Assembly (NCBI GenBank): GCA_034722055.1
Contig: JAYENL010000242.1
Span: 1-64,000, forward strand
Length of the DNA: 64,000 nt
Direction: 5' to 3'
Source: Armatimonadota bacterium
GTDB taxonomy: Bacteria; Armatimonadota; Zipacnadia; Zipacnadales; UBA5352
Part shown: piece after piece, positions 37,414-46,926 of the stretch
How positions within the stretch are numbered: the first letter of the stretch is position 1
Layout of the letters: the number at the start of each line of letters is the position of its first letter
Notes under the pieces: generated by a model
What the model saw: only the letters and a program-made list of their open reading frames with translations
The model's database searches: none
Told to the model about the DNA's origin: nothing
Translations under genes and position numbers: made by a program

Positions 37414-38907
37414 TCAGTCCTCCGACTGGCGCTTGGGGAGGATGGACCGGAAGGTGCTCCCCTGGCCGACCTCGGATTCGATCTCCATGTGGCCCCCGTG
37501 CGCCTCGGTCACGCGCCGGGTATAGACCATCCCCAGGCCGATACCACCGGCCTGCTTCTTGGACAGGTCGGTGCGGAATCCGGCCTCCTTGCCGATCTTC
37601 TCGACCGCCTCCGGAGGGATCCCGATGCCCTCGTCCGTGACCTCCATGACGACCATGTCGTCATCGGTCTCGTGGACCCGGACCGTAATGGTTGTGCCGG
37701 GGTCGGAATACTTGGCGGCATTCTTAAGGTAGTTGTCCAGAATCGAGGTGATTTTTCCGCGGTCACCCTCCATCATGAGCTCCTCGGGGGCCTCCACGTC
37801 CAGCTCATGACCCATGAGGTAATCCGCCAACTCCTCGAGGATCTGGTTGAGGGCCTCGACGAGGTCGAACTCCTCGACATCCAGCTCCAGCTCCTTGCCG
37901 GCGTGGATGCGGGAGATGTTGAGGGTCTCGGCGATCAGGCGGAACATGCGCGCCGACTGGATGAGGGCGGTGCCGATGAACTCGTCAATGATCTCCTGAT
38001 CCTCGGGGTGAACGCCGCCCTCGGTCATGGCCTCGATGGTCTGCAGATTCCCCTGGATGACCGTCAGCGGGGTGCGCAACTCGTGGGCCACCTGGCCCGT
38101 CAGTTCCTCAGCCGCAGTGCTGAAGGGTGACTGGGTGAAGGCCACGATGATCTGATCTTCCTGCGTTCGCTGAGCGCTGGCCGAGTAGCTCTCGTTGTCG
38201 CGCCCGACGAAGGCCGTGGCAGCGTTGCCCTCAGCGCTGTGCCTGACCTCCGCCACCAGCTCGGCGAGCTGCTGCCGGTAGTCAATGGCCTCAAGGCGCC
38301 GGCCCTGAAGTGGGTCTAGCCCCACCACCTGCATCGCGGCCGCGTTTGCCACAAGGACCTCTCTTGAGGGCCCCACAAGCATCAGCCCGACAGGCACGGT
38401 AGCGAAGGCGGCCTGGATGTCGTCGAACTCGTCAAGCTGCTCCTCGACCAACAGCGCCGCGGCCTGCCCCGAGAGCGTCTCCACCAGCTTGTAGTCGTCC
38501 TCGTCGTAGCGTTCCCCGCGCTTGGCCCACAGCGTGAGCACACCCACGGTGCGCTGGACGGGCTCCTCCTCGGCCTCCAGGGGCTCCCGTTCCCAGATGA
38601 TGGGCAGCACCAGCACGGGCGGATCGACGGTGACCTCGTCGATCCGCGTGCGTTCGGTGAGCACCACAGGGCCCTTCTGGGAGAGCGCATCGCTCACCGC
38701 CGCCGAGAAGGCGCTGGGGGTGTCGATGTCCACATGCCCCAACGAGTCGCTGGTTATCCCATCGCGCCGGCTCACCACCGCTTGGGGGTGCAGCCGGTTA
38801 TCGGCCACCCCCAGCGAGAAGCAGGCGGCACCATCCGTCTGGATGATCTGGGCGACCTTCTGTACGAAGCGGTCAAGTATTGCCGAGCGCACTGCGGTCA
38901 CCTGCAT
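37414..38907 (-). CDS. Cytoplasmic sensor histidine kinase (GAF-PAS-HisKA-HATPase)
   Basis: HELRTPL, DNYLKNAAKYS, DEGIGI, GGIGLGM, GQGSTF. Confidence 0.9.
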   Translation of the reverse strand: MQVTAVRSAILDRFVQKVAQIIQTDGAACFSLGVADNRLHPQAVVSRRDGITSDSLGHVDIDTPSAFSAAVSDALSQKGPVVLTERTRIDEVTVDPPVLVLPIIWEREPLEAEEEPVQRTVGVLTLWAKRGERYDEDDYKLVETLSGQAAALLVEEQLDEFDDIQAAFATVPVGLMLVGPSREVLVANAAAMQVVGLDPLQGRRLEAIDYRQQLAELVAEVRHSAEGNAATAFVGRDNESYSASAQRTQEDQIIVAFTQSPFSTAAEELTGQVAHELRTPLTVIQGNLQTIEAMTEGGVHPEDQEIIDEFIGTALIQSARMFRLIAETLNISRIHAGKELELDVEEFDLVEALNQILEELADYLMGHELDVEAPEELMMEGDRGKITSILDNYLKNAAKYSDPGTTITVRVHETDDDMVVMEVTDEGIGIPPEAVEKIGKEAGFRTDLSKKQAGGIGLGMVYTRRVTEAHGGHMEIESEVGQGSTFRSILPKRQSED

Positions 38908-38953
38908 ACCATGGCATGAACAGCCGGCGCACGCATACGGGAACGCAAGTATG

Positions 38954-38983
38954 AATGTACCCGAAGCTTGCCCGCCGCGTCAA
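38954..38983 (-). promoter_or_regulatory. Possible sigma70 promoter of the kinase
   Basis: TTGACG-N18-TACATT. Confidence 0.45.
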
Positions 38984-39073
38984 GCCTGATGTATCTCCGC
39001 CGGATGCTCCCAGATTAAGATTTCGGTGACTCCCCGGACTGTCTGCCCCGCAGCGGAGGCTGACGTCCGCCGG

Positions 39074-40249
39074 TCAGTCCACGAAGAAACACATGTCCTC
39101 CGCCCGAACCGGCACCGGCCGCCCCAGCCTGATGGACTCGATGGCCCTCAGGCTCAGATAGGTGGCCCGAGCCCCGGACCGCTCGTCGATCGGCGACGGT
39201 CCGTCCTCACCGATGGCCCTCGCGAAGGCCTCCAAGAGCTGGAAGTGGCCCTTGTCCGGGCTGAGGTTCGGCCACTGCGCGCCACCGCTGTCAGCGTGCG
39301 CTCGGGCCCGCACGTTGAGCTTCGCCACGTAGCCCTCCAGCCCGCCCTCGACGCCGACCTCGGGCAGCTCGTCGTACTGCAGGTCGAACTGCCTCACCTC
39401 AGGCTCTCCGCGCCCGAAGACCTGCGTCTCCACGAAGCACAGGTTGCGGAAGAGAGCGTTGTGGTCGGTCAGCTCATACAGCTCCTTGGGGTATCGAAAG
39501 GTGCCGGTAACCGAGAACCAGATGCAGGCGTGAGCGCCGCTGGAAAAGTCCAGCGTGACTATGTGATTCAGCCGGCTGGAGCCGGTGGCGAAGACCCGCG
39601 TGGGCTCCTCATCCAGCAGCCAGCAGGCCAGATCAAGCCAGTGGCAGGTCTCGCCGATGACCTGCCCGCCGCCCGTGAGCCAGTCGATGTGTACCGGCCG
39701 GTAGGTGCTGGACTCGTCGTTGATGCGGATCATCAGCATCGTGGCGTCCTCTTCGGGCAGCCGGGGGCGGTCCGCCGCCTCCACGAACTGACCCGCCCCC
39801 ACCGAGGGATCCGCCCGATGCGCTCGATACGCCTCGCGCATGTAAACTATGGAGGGCGCGAACCGCCGGTTGTAGTCCACGCACAGCTTGACCCCAGCGT
39901 CCTTCACCGCCTTTACCACGCGGTAGGACTCCTCCTGGGTCATCGTCATCGGCTTCTCGGCCAGGACGTGCTTGCCGGCCTCGATGGCCCCCAGCATCAG
40001 CTCGAAGTGCACGCTGTGAGGCACCGAGAGGATAACCAGGTCCACGTCAGCGTCAGCGAAGACCGCTTCGGCGTCGGGCGTGGTGTAGCGCGGCGAGTAG
40101 TGCTCCTCCACCCACGCACGGTTCTCCTCGCTGCGGGAGCATCCCGCGACGAGCTCGATCGCGTCAGATCGCTCGATGTTCGGGAAGTGCTGCGTGCGTG
40201 CGAACGCGCCGCAGCCGATCACCGCCGCCCTGATCGTGTCCATCTCCAT
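39074..40249 (-). CDS. Gfo/Idh/MocA family oxidoreductase
   Basis: AVIGCGAFA, GKHVLAEKPM, YNRRFAP, GETCHWLD. Confidence 0.9.
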   Translation of the reverse strand: MEMDTIRAAVIGCGAFARTQHFPNIERSDAIELVAGCSRSEENRAWVEEHYSPRYTTPDAEAVFADADVDLVILSVPHSVHFELMLGAIEAGKHVLAEKPMTMTQEESYRVVKAVKDAGVKLCVDYNRRFAPSIVYMREAYRAHRADPSVGAGQFVEAADRPRLPEEDATMLMIRINDESSTYRPVHIDWLTGGGQVIGETCHWLDLACWLLDEEPTRVFATGSSRLNHIVTLDFSSGAHACIWFSVTGTFRYPKELYELTDHNALFRNLCFVETQVFGRGEPEVRQFDLQYDELPEVGVEGGLEGYVAKLNVRARAHADSGGAQWPNLSPDKGHFQLLEAFARAIGEDGPSPIDERSGARATYLSLRAIESIRLGRPVPVRAEDMCFFVD

Positions 40250-40434
40250 CTCCTGTCAGCCGGCCTCTGAGGTCTGACCTGCATTGGGGACGCAACCCGT
40301 GAAGGGTGGAGCAGCTTTCTCCGCTCCCGCAGCTTCACCTTCAGCCGCCGCTCCGTATCCACGGCGAAGCGCAGCGCGCACTGGGCCACAACCCATCCGC
40401 CGCCGGCCGTTGTCTTGGGCTCCATCCTTCGCGA

Positions 40435-40568
40435 AGGTCGGGCTTCCGGAGATCGCAAGCGATCTCACCGACAAGGACAGACGGCGCACGCACAGGAGTG
40501 TGCGTGCCACGGAGCGGCGCCGTTTGCCGTGCCATCGAGACCGCTTGCGGTCTCCGGGAGGCCGGCCT
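40435..40568. repeat. Nested inverted repeat (REPIN-like) enclosing a REP palindrome
   Basis: Arms 40435-40466 and 40537-40568, each containing a GAGAYCGCAAGCGRTCTC hairpin; central GCACGCAC-AGGA-GTGTGCGTGC hairpin. Confidence 0.65.
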
Positions 40569-40589
40569 CCGTTCCGGCCAGGCCGTTGC

Positions 40590-41297
40590 TCAGGCCCCAT
40601 CAGTGCCCGCTGTGGCCTCGCTCAGCGTCGCAGGTTCATCCTGCTTCCCCATTTCGCGCCGCCGCGTCCGGGCGAGGTGAATGGCCCCGGCTGCCGCCGA
40701 TCCCACCGCCGTCCAGGCCGCCGCGGAGACGGCCATCGCTGCCGGCGGCGCCGTCAGGGCCTCGCCGGCGACCATCCGCCACGGCAGCTCGGCCAGCGTC
40801 CCCACGGCGCGGAGCGCACCGCCCCCCACCAGCGCCATCGTCCCCAGCAGGCCCTCGTGCATCCAGCAGTGGATAAAGCAGGCGCCGAGGGCCTGGCACA
40901 GGGCCGGGACCAGCCAGCCCAGCAGCAGGCCGGCCAGCGCCCCGCATGTCACCAAGCTCCCCGGCGAGCGCTCTCTCCTGACCGCTCGGACCGCCGCCAC
41001 CAGGGCGCCGGCCACCAGGCCAATGAGCGTCCAGCCGATGGCTGCCACGGCGGCGTCCGAGAGCGGAGGGACGGGGGCGTGAGAGCTGACGTAGACGGCC
41101 GGCGCCTCGGAGATGCTGACCAGCAGCGATCCCGCGCCGATCACTGCATCCGAGACTCGGGGATTGTCTCTCAGCGCGGGCGCCCAGTCCATGATGGGCG
41201 GCCCCATCACGCGCGGGAGCGCCCAGCCGAGCATCAGCCCGGCCAGGGCCCCGATGGCGCCGGGCATGAGAGTTCTGCGCCAGCTACCGGTGCTCAC
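40590..41297 (-). CDS. Hypothetical multi-pass membrane protein
   Basis: Four to five Gly/Ala-rich hydrophobic segments; GGAGAGG SD just after nadA. Confidence 0.6.
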   Translation of the reverse strand: MSTGSWRRTLMPGAIGALAGLMLGWALPRVMGPPIMDWAPALRDNPRVSDAVIGAGSLLVSISEAPAVYVSSHAPVPPLSDAAVAAIGWTLIGLVAGALVAAVRAVRRERSPGSLVTCGALAGLLLGWLVPALCQALGACFIHCWMHEGLLGTMALVGGGALRAVGTLAELPWRMVAGEALTAPPAAMAVSAAAWTAVGSAAAGAIHLARTRRREMGKQDEPATLSEATAGTDGA

Positions 41298-41315
41298 GGG
41301 CCTCTCCAGCCGACC

Positions 41316-42221
41316 TCAGCTCACCGCCATCATGCGGGCCACAGCCTCGCGGGCGCGCTCGGCAATGTCCGGAGCGACGTCGATCTCGTACTGCATCTCC
41401 TCCAGCAAGGCCACCAACTTCTCCGCGGTGGTCTTCTTCATGTTGGGGCACACCGTGTGGGGCACCACATAGAAGGTCTTGTCCGGGTTCTCCTTGCGGA
41501 GCCGGTAGACCAGCCCCTCCTCGGTGCCCACGATGATCTCGTCGGCGTCGGACTCCCTGGCGAAGGTCACCATCCCGCCGGTGGATGCCACCTCGTCGGC
41601 GAGGTCCACCACCTCTCGCCGGGCCTCCGGATGCACGATGAACACCGCATCAGGGTGCTGCTGCTTCATGTACCGCACCGTTTCGGGGCTGATGCGCACG
41701 TGTGTGGGGCAGTAGCCGCCCCAGGCGATGACCTGCTTGCTGACGTTGCGGTCCGTCCAGTCAGCGAGGTGGGCGTCCGGGATGAACAGAACCGGGTCGG
41801 CGTCCAGCGATTCCACCACGCGGATGGAGTTGGATGACGTGCAGCAGATGTCCGACTCCGCCTTCACCTCCGCGGTGGTGTTGACGTAGGCCACCACCGG
41901 CGCGCCGTCGTGCTCGGCCTTGAACTTCCGCACCTGCTCGGGGGTGATCATATCCGCCATCGGACAGCCCGCACCTGGATCGGGCATCAGCACCGTCTTC
42001 TCCGGCGAGAGCAGCTTGGCAGTCTGGGCCATGAAATGCACGCCACAGAACACGATGACGTCGGCGTCGGTCTCGGCGGCCTCCTGGGAGAGCCCCAGGG
42101 AGTCGCCCAGGTAGTCGCCCAGATCCTGGACCTCCGGGATCTGGTAGTTGTGCACCAGGATAACCGCGTTGCGCATCTGCTTGAGCTCAGCAACGCGCTG
42201 CTCGATGTCCGTCACTGTCAT
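41316..42221 (-). CDS. nadA: Quinolinate synthase A
   Basis: ILVHNYQ, GDSLGL, FCGVHFMA, GCPMA, YVNT, HPE, CPNMK; alternative GTG start at 42251. Confidence 0.96.
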   Translation of the reverse strand: MTVTDIEQRVAELKQMRNAVILVHNYQIPEVQDLGDYLGDSLGLSQEAAETDADVIVFCGVHFMAQTAKLLSPEKTVLMPDPGAGCPMADMITPEQVRKFKAEHDGAPVVAYVNTTAEVKAESDICCTSSNSIRVVESLDADPVLFIPDAHLADWTDRNVSKQVIAWGGYCPTHVRISPETVRYMKQQHPDAVFIVHPEARREVVDLADEVASTGGMVTFARESDADEIIVGTEEGLVYRLRKENPDKTFYVVPHTVCPNMKKTTAEKLVALLEEMQYEIDVAPDIAERAREAVARMMAVS

Positions 42222-42247
42222 GGAACCCACAGCCTCGTGGATGATGG

Positions 42248-43399
42248 TCACGTGCGATGATACAGCGGTGACATGTCACGGAGCCGCTGGATGATCGGTG
42301 GCAGGACCTCCAGCACCGTCTCTATCTCCTCTTCGGTCGTGTACCGGCTCAGGCTCAGGCGCAGCGAGCCGTGGGCAATCTCGTGCGGATAGCCCATGGC
42401 CATGAGCACGTGCGAGGGGTCCAGCGAGCCAGATGTGCAGGCCGAGCCGCTGGAGGCCGCGATGTCGTGCATGTCCAGCGACAGCAGGATACCCTCGCCC
42501 TCGATGTAGCGGAACAGGAAGCTGGCGATGTTGGGCAGGCGCTGCTCGGGGTGCCCGGAGAGAATCGTGTCCGGCACGACATCCATGACCCCCTGGATCA
42601 GCCGGTCGCGCAGCTCTCGGATGCGATCCACCGCCTCCTGCCCGTGGCGCTCAAGCAGCTCCACGGCCTTCCCGAAGCCCACGATGCCGGCCACGTTCTC
42701 GGTGCCGGCCCGCAGGCGCCGCTCCTGCCCCCCACCGTGGATCAGCGGCTCGGGCCGGAAGCCCTTCCGGATGTACAAGGCCCCCACGCCCTTCGGCCCG
42801 TGCACCTTGTGCGCCGAGAACGCCGTCATGTCCACGCCCAGCTCATCGACCTGCAGAGGCAGCTTGCCCAGCGACTGCACGGCATCTGTGTGCATCCTCA
42901 CCTCATGCTCCCGCGCGATCTGGGCGATCTCCGAGATGGGTTCGATGGTGCCCACCTCGTTGTTGGAGTGCATGATGGAGATCAGCCGGGTGTCCGGACG
43001 GATGGCCTCGCGCACGTCGTCAGGGTCCACCAGACCGCTCTCGTCCACCGGCAGGACCGTCAGCTCGTAGCCCTGGTCCTCAAGCGCCTTGCAGGTGTGC
43101 AGGACGGCGTGATGCTCGATGGCGGAGGTGATCAGGTGACCGCCATCGTACTTGCGCATGGTGCCCTTGATGGCCAGGTTGTCGGCCTCGGAGCCGCCGC
43201 CGGTGAAGATGATCTCCTCGGGGCTGGCGCCGATGAAGTCCGCGAGCGTCCGCCGTGCATCCTCCACGGCCGCGGCGGCGCGCCCCGCCAGGGCGTAGAT
43301 GCTGCTGGGATTGCCGTACTCGTCCTGCAAGAACGGCGTCATCGCCTCGAAGACTTCCGGGGCGACGCGCGTGGTTGCAGCGTTGTCGAGGTAGACCAC
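42248..43399 (-). CDS. nifS: Cysteine desulfurase (NifS/IscS)
   Basis: YLDNAATT, HTDAVQ, SAHKVHGPKG, SSGSACTS; GTG with GGAGG SD. Confidence 0.94.
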   Translation of the reverse strand: MVYLDNAATTRVAPEVFEAMTPFLQDEYGNPSSIYALAGRAAAAVEDARRTLADFIGASPEEIIFTGGGSEADNLAIKGTMRKYDGGHLITSAIEHHAVLHTCKALEDQGYELTVLPVDESGLVDPDDVREAIRPDTRLISIMHSNNEVGTIEPISEIAQIAREHEVRMHTDAVQSLGKLPLQVDELGVDMTAFSAHKVHGPKGVGALYIRKGFRPEPLIHGGGQERRLRAGTENVAGIVGFGKAVELLERHGQEAVDRIRELRDRLIQGVMDVVPDTILSGHPEQRLPNIASFLFRYIEGEGILLSLDMHDIAASSGSACTSGSLDPSHVLMAMGYPHEIAHGSLRLSLSRYTTEEEIETVLEVLPPIIQRLRDMSPLYHRT

Positions 43400-43465
43400 T
43401 CCGTACCCCTCCGCACCGGCGCGCCCCACACTGCGCCGGAAGCCTCAGCCCACATGTCGATGGGC

Positions 43466-43494
43466 ATATTACGCCCTCCCGGGAGGACCGTCAA
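43466..43494 (-). promoter_or_regulatory. sigma70 promoter of nifS-nadA with palindromic spacer
   Basis: TTGACG-N17-TAATAT; spacer contains CCTCCCGGGAGG. Confidence 0.7.
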
Positions 43495-43531
43495 GGCTGG
43501 GCATGCGAGTAGGCTGCGGCCTCAGATTGCC

Positions 43532-43601
43532 GGTTGCGGGCGAGGGCGCCCGCAACCCAGGTGCTAAGTAGTGGGGCGCGGGCGCCCCCGCCGACGCCAC
43601 C
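43532..43601. repeat. REP-like palindrome pair
   Basis: GGTTGCGGGCG-AGGG-CGCCCGCAACC, then TAAGTAGTG...GGCGCCCCCGCC shared with 30945-30967. Confidence 0.6.
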
Positions 43602-43716
43602 GAGGCCCGGAACTCGCATCCTGCCAGTATGGAATCTGCGGGCGGCGGCCGGCTTTAGCCCCGCGCCAGCGCCCTGGAAGCCTGCGTCACGCCAGGAGGG
43701 TCTGGCGCTCGGAGCG

Positions 43717-44982
43717 CTACTCGGCGGCAATTCCCGAGGGTCTGTCGGCCAGCTCCGCGGCGCCGCTCGGGCGCACGTAGACCGCGAGGAGGATGGCGCT
43801 GACGAGCTGCGCCGCGCCCATGAACACGAAGGGCCAGCGCATGCCCGTCCACGACGCCATCACGCCGCCCGCCAGCGGCCCAAGGGCGAAGCCCAGGCAC
43901 ATCGCCGCTGTGGTGACGCCGAAGGCCCGCCCGTACATGTCGGCCGAGACGCTGGCGCTGATCATAGCGTTCATGGCCGGTCGGCCACCGCCCGCCACCA
44001 GGCCCCAGCCGATGCGCAGCCCGAAGAGCTGCGAGAGCGCCTGGACGATAGCGTGGGGGGCGCTGAAGAGCGCCGAGAGACCCGTGGAGGCGATCAGCAC
44101 ACGGCGGTGACCAATGCGGTCGCTGATCCGGCCCACCAGCAGGCAGCTCAGCCCCGCCGCCAGCCCGCCCAGCCCCATGAGCTGGCCGGTCACCGTCGCG
44201 GCCCTGGCGGTGTCGGCGATGCGCTCCACGAACAGCGGGAAGATCGGCCCCACAAACGTGACCGCGAAGGCGGTCAGGAAGAAGACCAGCAGCAGGGCTC
44301 CCAGGCCCTTGCCGCCGAAGACCTGCCGGAGGCCGTGGTTCCCGCTGGCGCACTGCTCAGGGGGCACGAAGCTCTCCCGGGCCCCAACCACCACCACGAA
44401 CCCCGCCAGCGCCCACATGGCGCCGCAGACGAAGAACGGGATTCGGTAGCCATAGGCGTCAGCGACCGCCCCGCCGATCCATGGCCCCAGGGCGTTCCCG
44501 AGGATAAGCGCGGTCTGCATCACGCCCATCGTGAAGCCCAGTCGGTCCCGAGGCGTCACACTCGCCACGAGGGTGTTGCATGCCGCGCCAGTGCCGGTCA
44601 GGGCGCCCTGGATGAATCGGAGGACCACAAGCTGGGGCACGGTCTGCGCGAAGCCCATCAGCGCGATCATCACCGCGCCGCCGAACATCGCCCGCTCCAG
44701 CATCAGCTTGCGGCCGTAGCGGTCCGCCAGGCTCCCCCAGATGGGCGAGAAGATGGTGAGGCTCAGCCCTGCCGCGGTCATGGCCGCGCCGGCCCACACG
44801 GCCACCAGGCGGTCGTCGGTCACCCCCAGCTCCCGCACGAAGAACGGCAGGAAGGGCATCACGAACGAGAAGCCCACGGCGCTCAGCAGGTGGGCGAACC
44901 AGACAGCATAGACCGTCCGCTGCCAGTGGGGGTCAGGGGGTTCGTCGGACTCTCCGCTCTGGGGTGACGGCTCAGTGGTCAT
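43717..44982 (-). CDS. MFS transporter (MdtG/DHA1-like)
   Basis: PFLPFF, WGSLADRYGRKLML, GRISDRIGHRR, about 12 TMs. Confidence 0.92.
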   Translation of the reverse strand: MTTEPSPQSGESDEPPDPHWQRTVYAVWFAHLLSAVGFSFVMPFLPFFVRELGVTDDRLVAVWAGAAMTAAGLSLTIFSPIWGSLADRYGRKLMLERAMFGGAVMIALMGFAQTVPQLVVLRFIQGALTGTGAACNTLVASVTPRDRLGFTMGVMQTALILGNALGPWIGGAVADAYGYRIPFFVCGAMWALAGFVVVVGARESFVPPEQCASGNHGLRQVFGGKGLGALLLVFFLTAFAVTFVGPIFPLFVERIADTARAATVTGQLMGLGGLAAGLSCLLVGRISDRIGHRRVLIASTGLSALFSAPHAIVQALSQLFGLRIGWGLVAGGGRPAMNAMISASVSADMYGRAFGVTTAAMCLGFALGPLAGGVMASWTGMRWPFVFMGAAQLVSAILLAVYVRPSGAAELADRPSGIAAE

Positions 44983-45193
44983 GCCTACCGTTCGCTATAC
45001 CGACACGGGAACTCCCGCGATCATCTCCACAATCGCGCGCATGATACACCTGCACCGCGAGCAGCGCAAGAGCTGTGCCAGAATGCCCAGGCGCCAGCAC
45101 CTGCCGGTGCAAGCGGCAGGCACGAGGAATCCGCGGCAACCGGGTGAACTATGGTCCGCCGAGTCGATCACCCGGGGACGCATCGGAGGCCCC

Positions 45194-46390
45194 ATGACAG
45201 CCGACATCGAGGTCCGCGAGTACCGCGACGGGGACATCGAGAGCTTCCACGTCCTGCACGATGCGGTCTTCCCGCCGGTGCCGCTGGAGGAGATGCGGCG
45301 GTGGATGAGCCGCGAGGACGTCACTGCCGGGGTGGCGATCCGCGCGGGCGAGGTGGTGGGCGAGATCCCGCTGCACGTCCGGGAGTTCGCGATCCGGCCG
45401 GGCGTGGTCGCCCGCTTCGCGTTCGAGCACTCCGTCTGCGTGCACGAGGACATGCGAGGGCAGGGCATCGGCAGCGCCATCCAGGACGAGATCAAGCGCT
45501 TCATGCCCGGGCGCGCGGAGGTGCTGAGCGTCTACCGCGGTGGCGAGCGTACCCCCGCCTACAACCACTACGACAAGAACGGGCTCAAGGACCTCTGCTA
45601 CATCCGCAACTGGTCGCTGGAGGACCCATCCGCCGTCGCCGAGCCGGTGGGAGAGGCGCAGGCCCTTGAGGCGGTGCTCGAGCGGGCGGAGGCGCTGATA
45701 GCGGTCTTCGAGAGCTCCTTCGGACACGCCGGAGGCTACCAGGTGCGGCGACCCGGCTTCTACGCCGGGGCTATGACGCAGCTCGAGGCCGTGGAGCTGG
45801 GCACCGACTACCGCGTGCTGCTGGTCGGCGACGAGGAGCGACCGGAAGGGCACTGCATCCTCGGCGTACCACCAGGTGAGGGCGCAGTCGCGATCATGGA
45901 GTTGGCAACGCGCACCGGCGACCCGGTCGTGGCCCGGCGACTGCTCCGCGGCGCCTGCCAGGTCGCTGCCGCTGAGGACAGGCCGGTGCGGGCTGAGCTG
46001 CATGACCGTGGGCTCTACCGCCCGGTCTTCGAGGCCCTGGGCTTCGAGCCAGGGGCGCGCGGGGACATGATCATGGCCACGCCGCTGGACTGGACGGGGC
46101 TGGCGGAGATCGTGTGGGCGCCGCAGCCGGAGCTGCAGGGCGTGCGCGTCGAGCTCTGGACGCCGCAGGAGGAGGCCGTGATGCATGACCCGCCCTCCGC
46201 CTCCCGCACGCTGACCGTGGAGATGAAGCACCACCAGGCGGCGCGCTGGCTGCTCTCGCGGCTCGACCTGCGGGCGGGGGTGGAGGGCGAGACGGTGACG
46301 CTCCTCGGCGCCCGGCCGGGCGACGCGGGGGCCCTGGCCCGCGCGATTCCGTTCACCGCCTGGGAGTACCAGGCCATCGATCACATCTGA
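45194..46390 (+). CDS. GNAT family N-acetyltransferase (Eis-like tandem GNAT)
   Basis: VCVHEDMRGQGIG acetyl-CoA motif, YDKNG; GGAGG SD. Confidence 0.8.
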   Translation: MTADIEVREYRDGDIESFHVLHDAVFPPVPLEEMRRWMSREDVTAGVAIRAGEVVGEIPLHVREFAIRPGVVARFAFEHSVCVHEDMRGQGIGSAIQDEIKRFMPGRAEVLSVYRGGERTPAYNHYDKNGLKDLCYIRNWSLEDPSAVAEPVGEAQALEAVLERAEALIAVFESSFGHAGGYQVRRPGFYAGAMTQLEAVELGTDYRVLLVGDEERPEGHCILGVPPGEGAVAIMELATRTGDPVVARRLLRGACQVAAAEDRPVRAELHDRGLYRPVFEALGFEPGARGDMIMATPLDWTGLAEIVWAPQPELQGVRVELWTPQEEAVMHDPPSASRTLTVEMKHHQAARWLLSRLDLRAGVEGETVTLLGARPGDAGALARAIPFTAWEYQAIDHI

Positions 46391-46433
46391 ACCGCGGCGG
46401 CAGCGAGCGCCCGAATGGAGGCGGCACCAAGCC

Positions 46434-46814
46434 ATGCGCATTGCCGAGGTCATGCCGACGCCCAAAGAGATGGACCTGTCTGAGGAGGCCGTGGCAGTCG
46501 TCGATCACACCTGGCATGTCGCAGATGAGTCCGGGCTGCTGGACGTGGGCGCGAAGTACGCCGAGGCATTCTGCATCGGCGTCAACGACGAGCCCCACCG
46601 TCTCCTGCTGCAGCGCGACGGGACGCTCCGCGAGGAGGAGTACCTGCTGGAGATCGAGCCGGGCGAGATTCGCGTGACCGCCGCGCACCGGGGCGGCTTC
46701 CTGCACGCCCTGGCGACGCTGGATCACCTGCGCGACGGGCCGATGCTTGCTGTCGATACCGTCAACGACTGCCGGCCAGCTAACGCCAGACTATCGAGGC
46801 ACACCCGTCGATGA
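46434..46814 (+). pseudogene. Truncated GH20-type N-terminal (GH20b) domain
   Basis: VMPTPKEM...EEEYLLEIEPGEIRVTA...GFLHALATL; frame ends where the catalytic barrel should begin. Confidence 0.65.
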
Positions 46815-46926
46815 AGTCAGGACCGTCACGCATCGGGCCTGCAGAAGGTGATTCGTGCGGGACAGGGAATGCAATCCAATAATGGCCCGCCAGGCATACC
46901 AATGCTCAGCGATGGAAGGTGTCAGA

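Noticed and set aside
43717..46390. MFS plus Eis-like GNAT as an antibiotic-resistance island
   Set aside because: Host-like GC, no mobility signatures, and both families are functionally broad.
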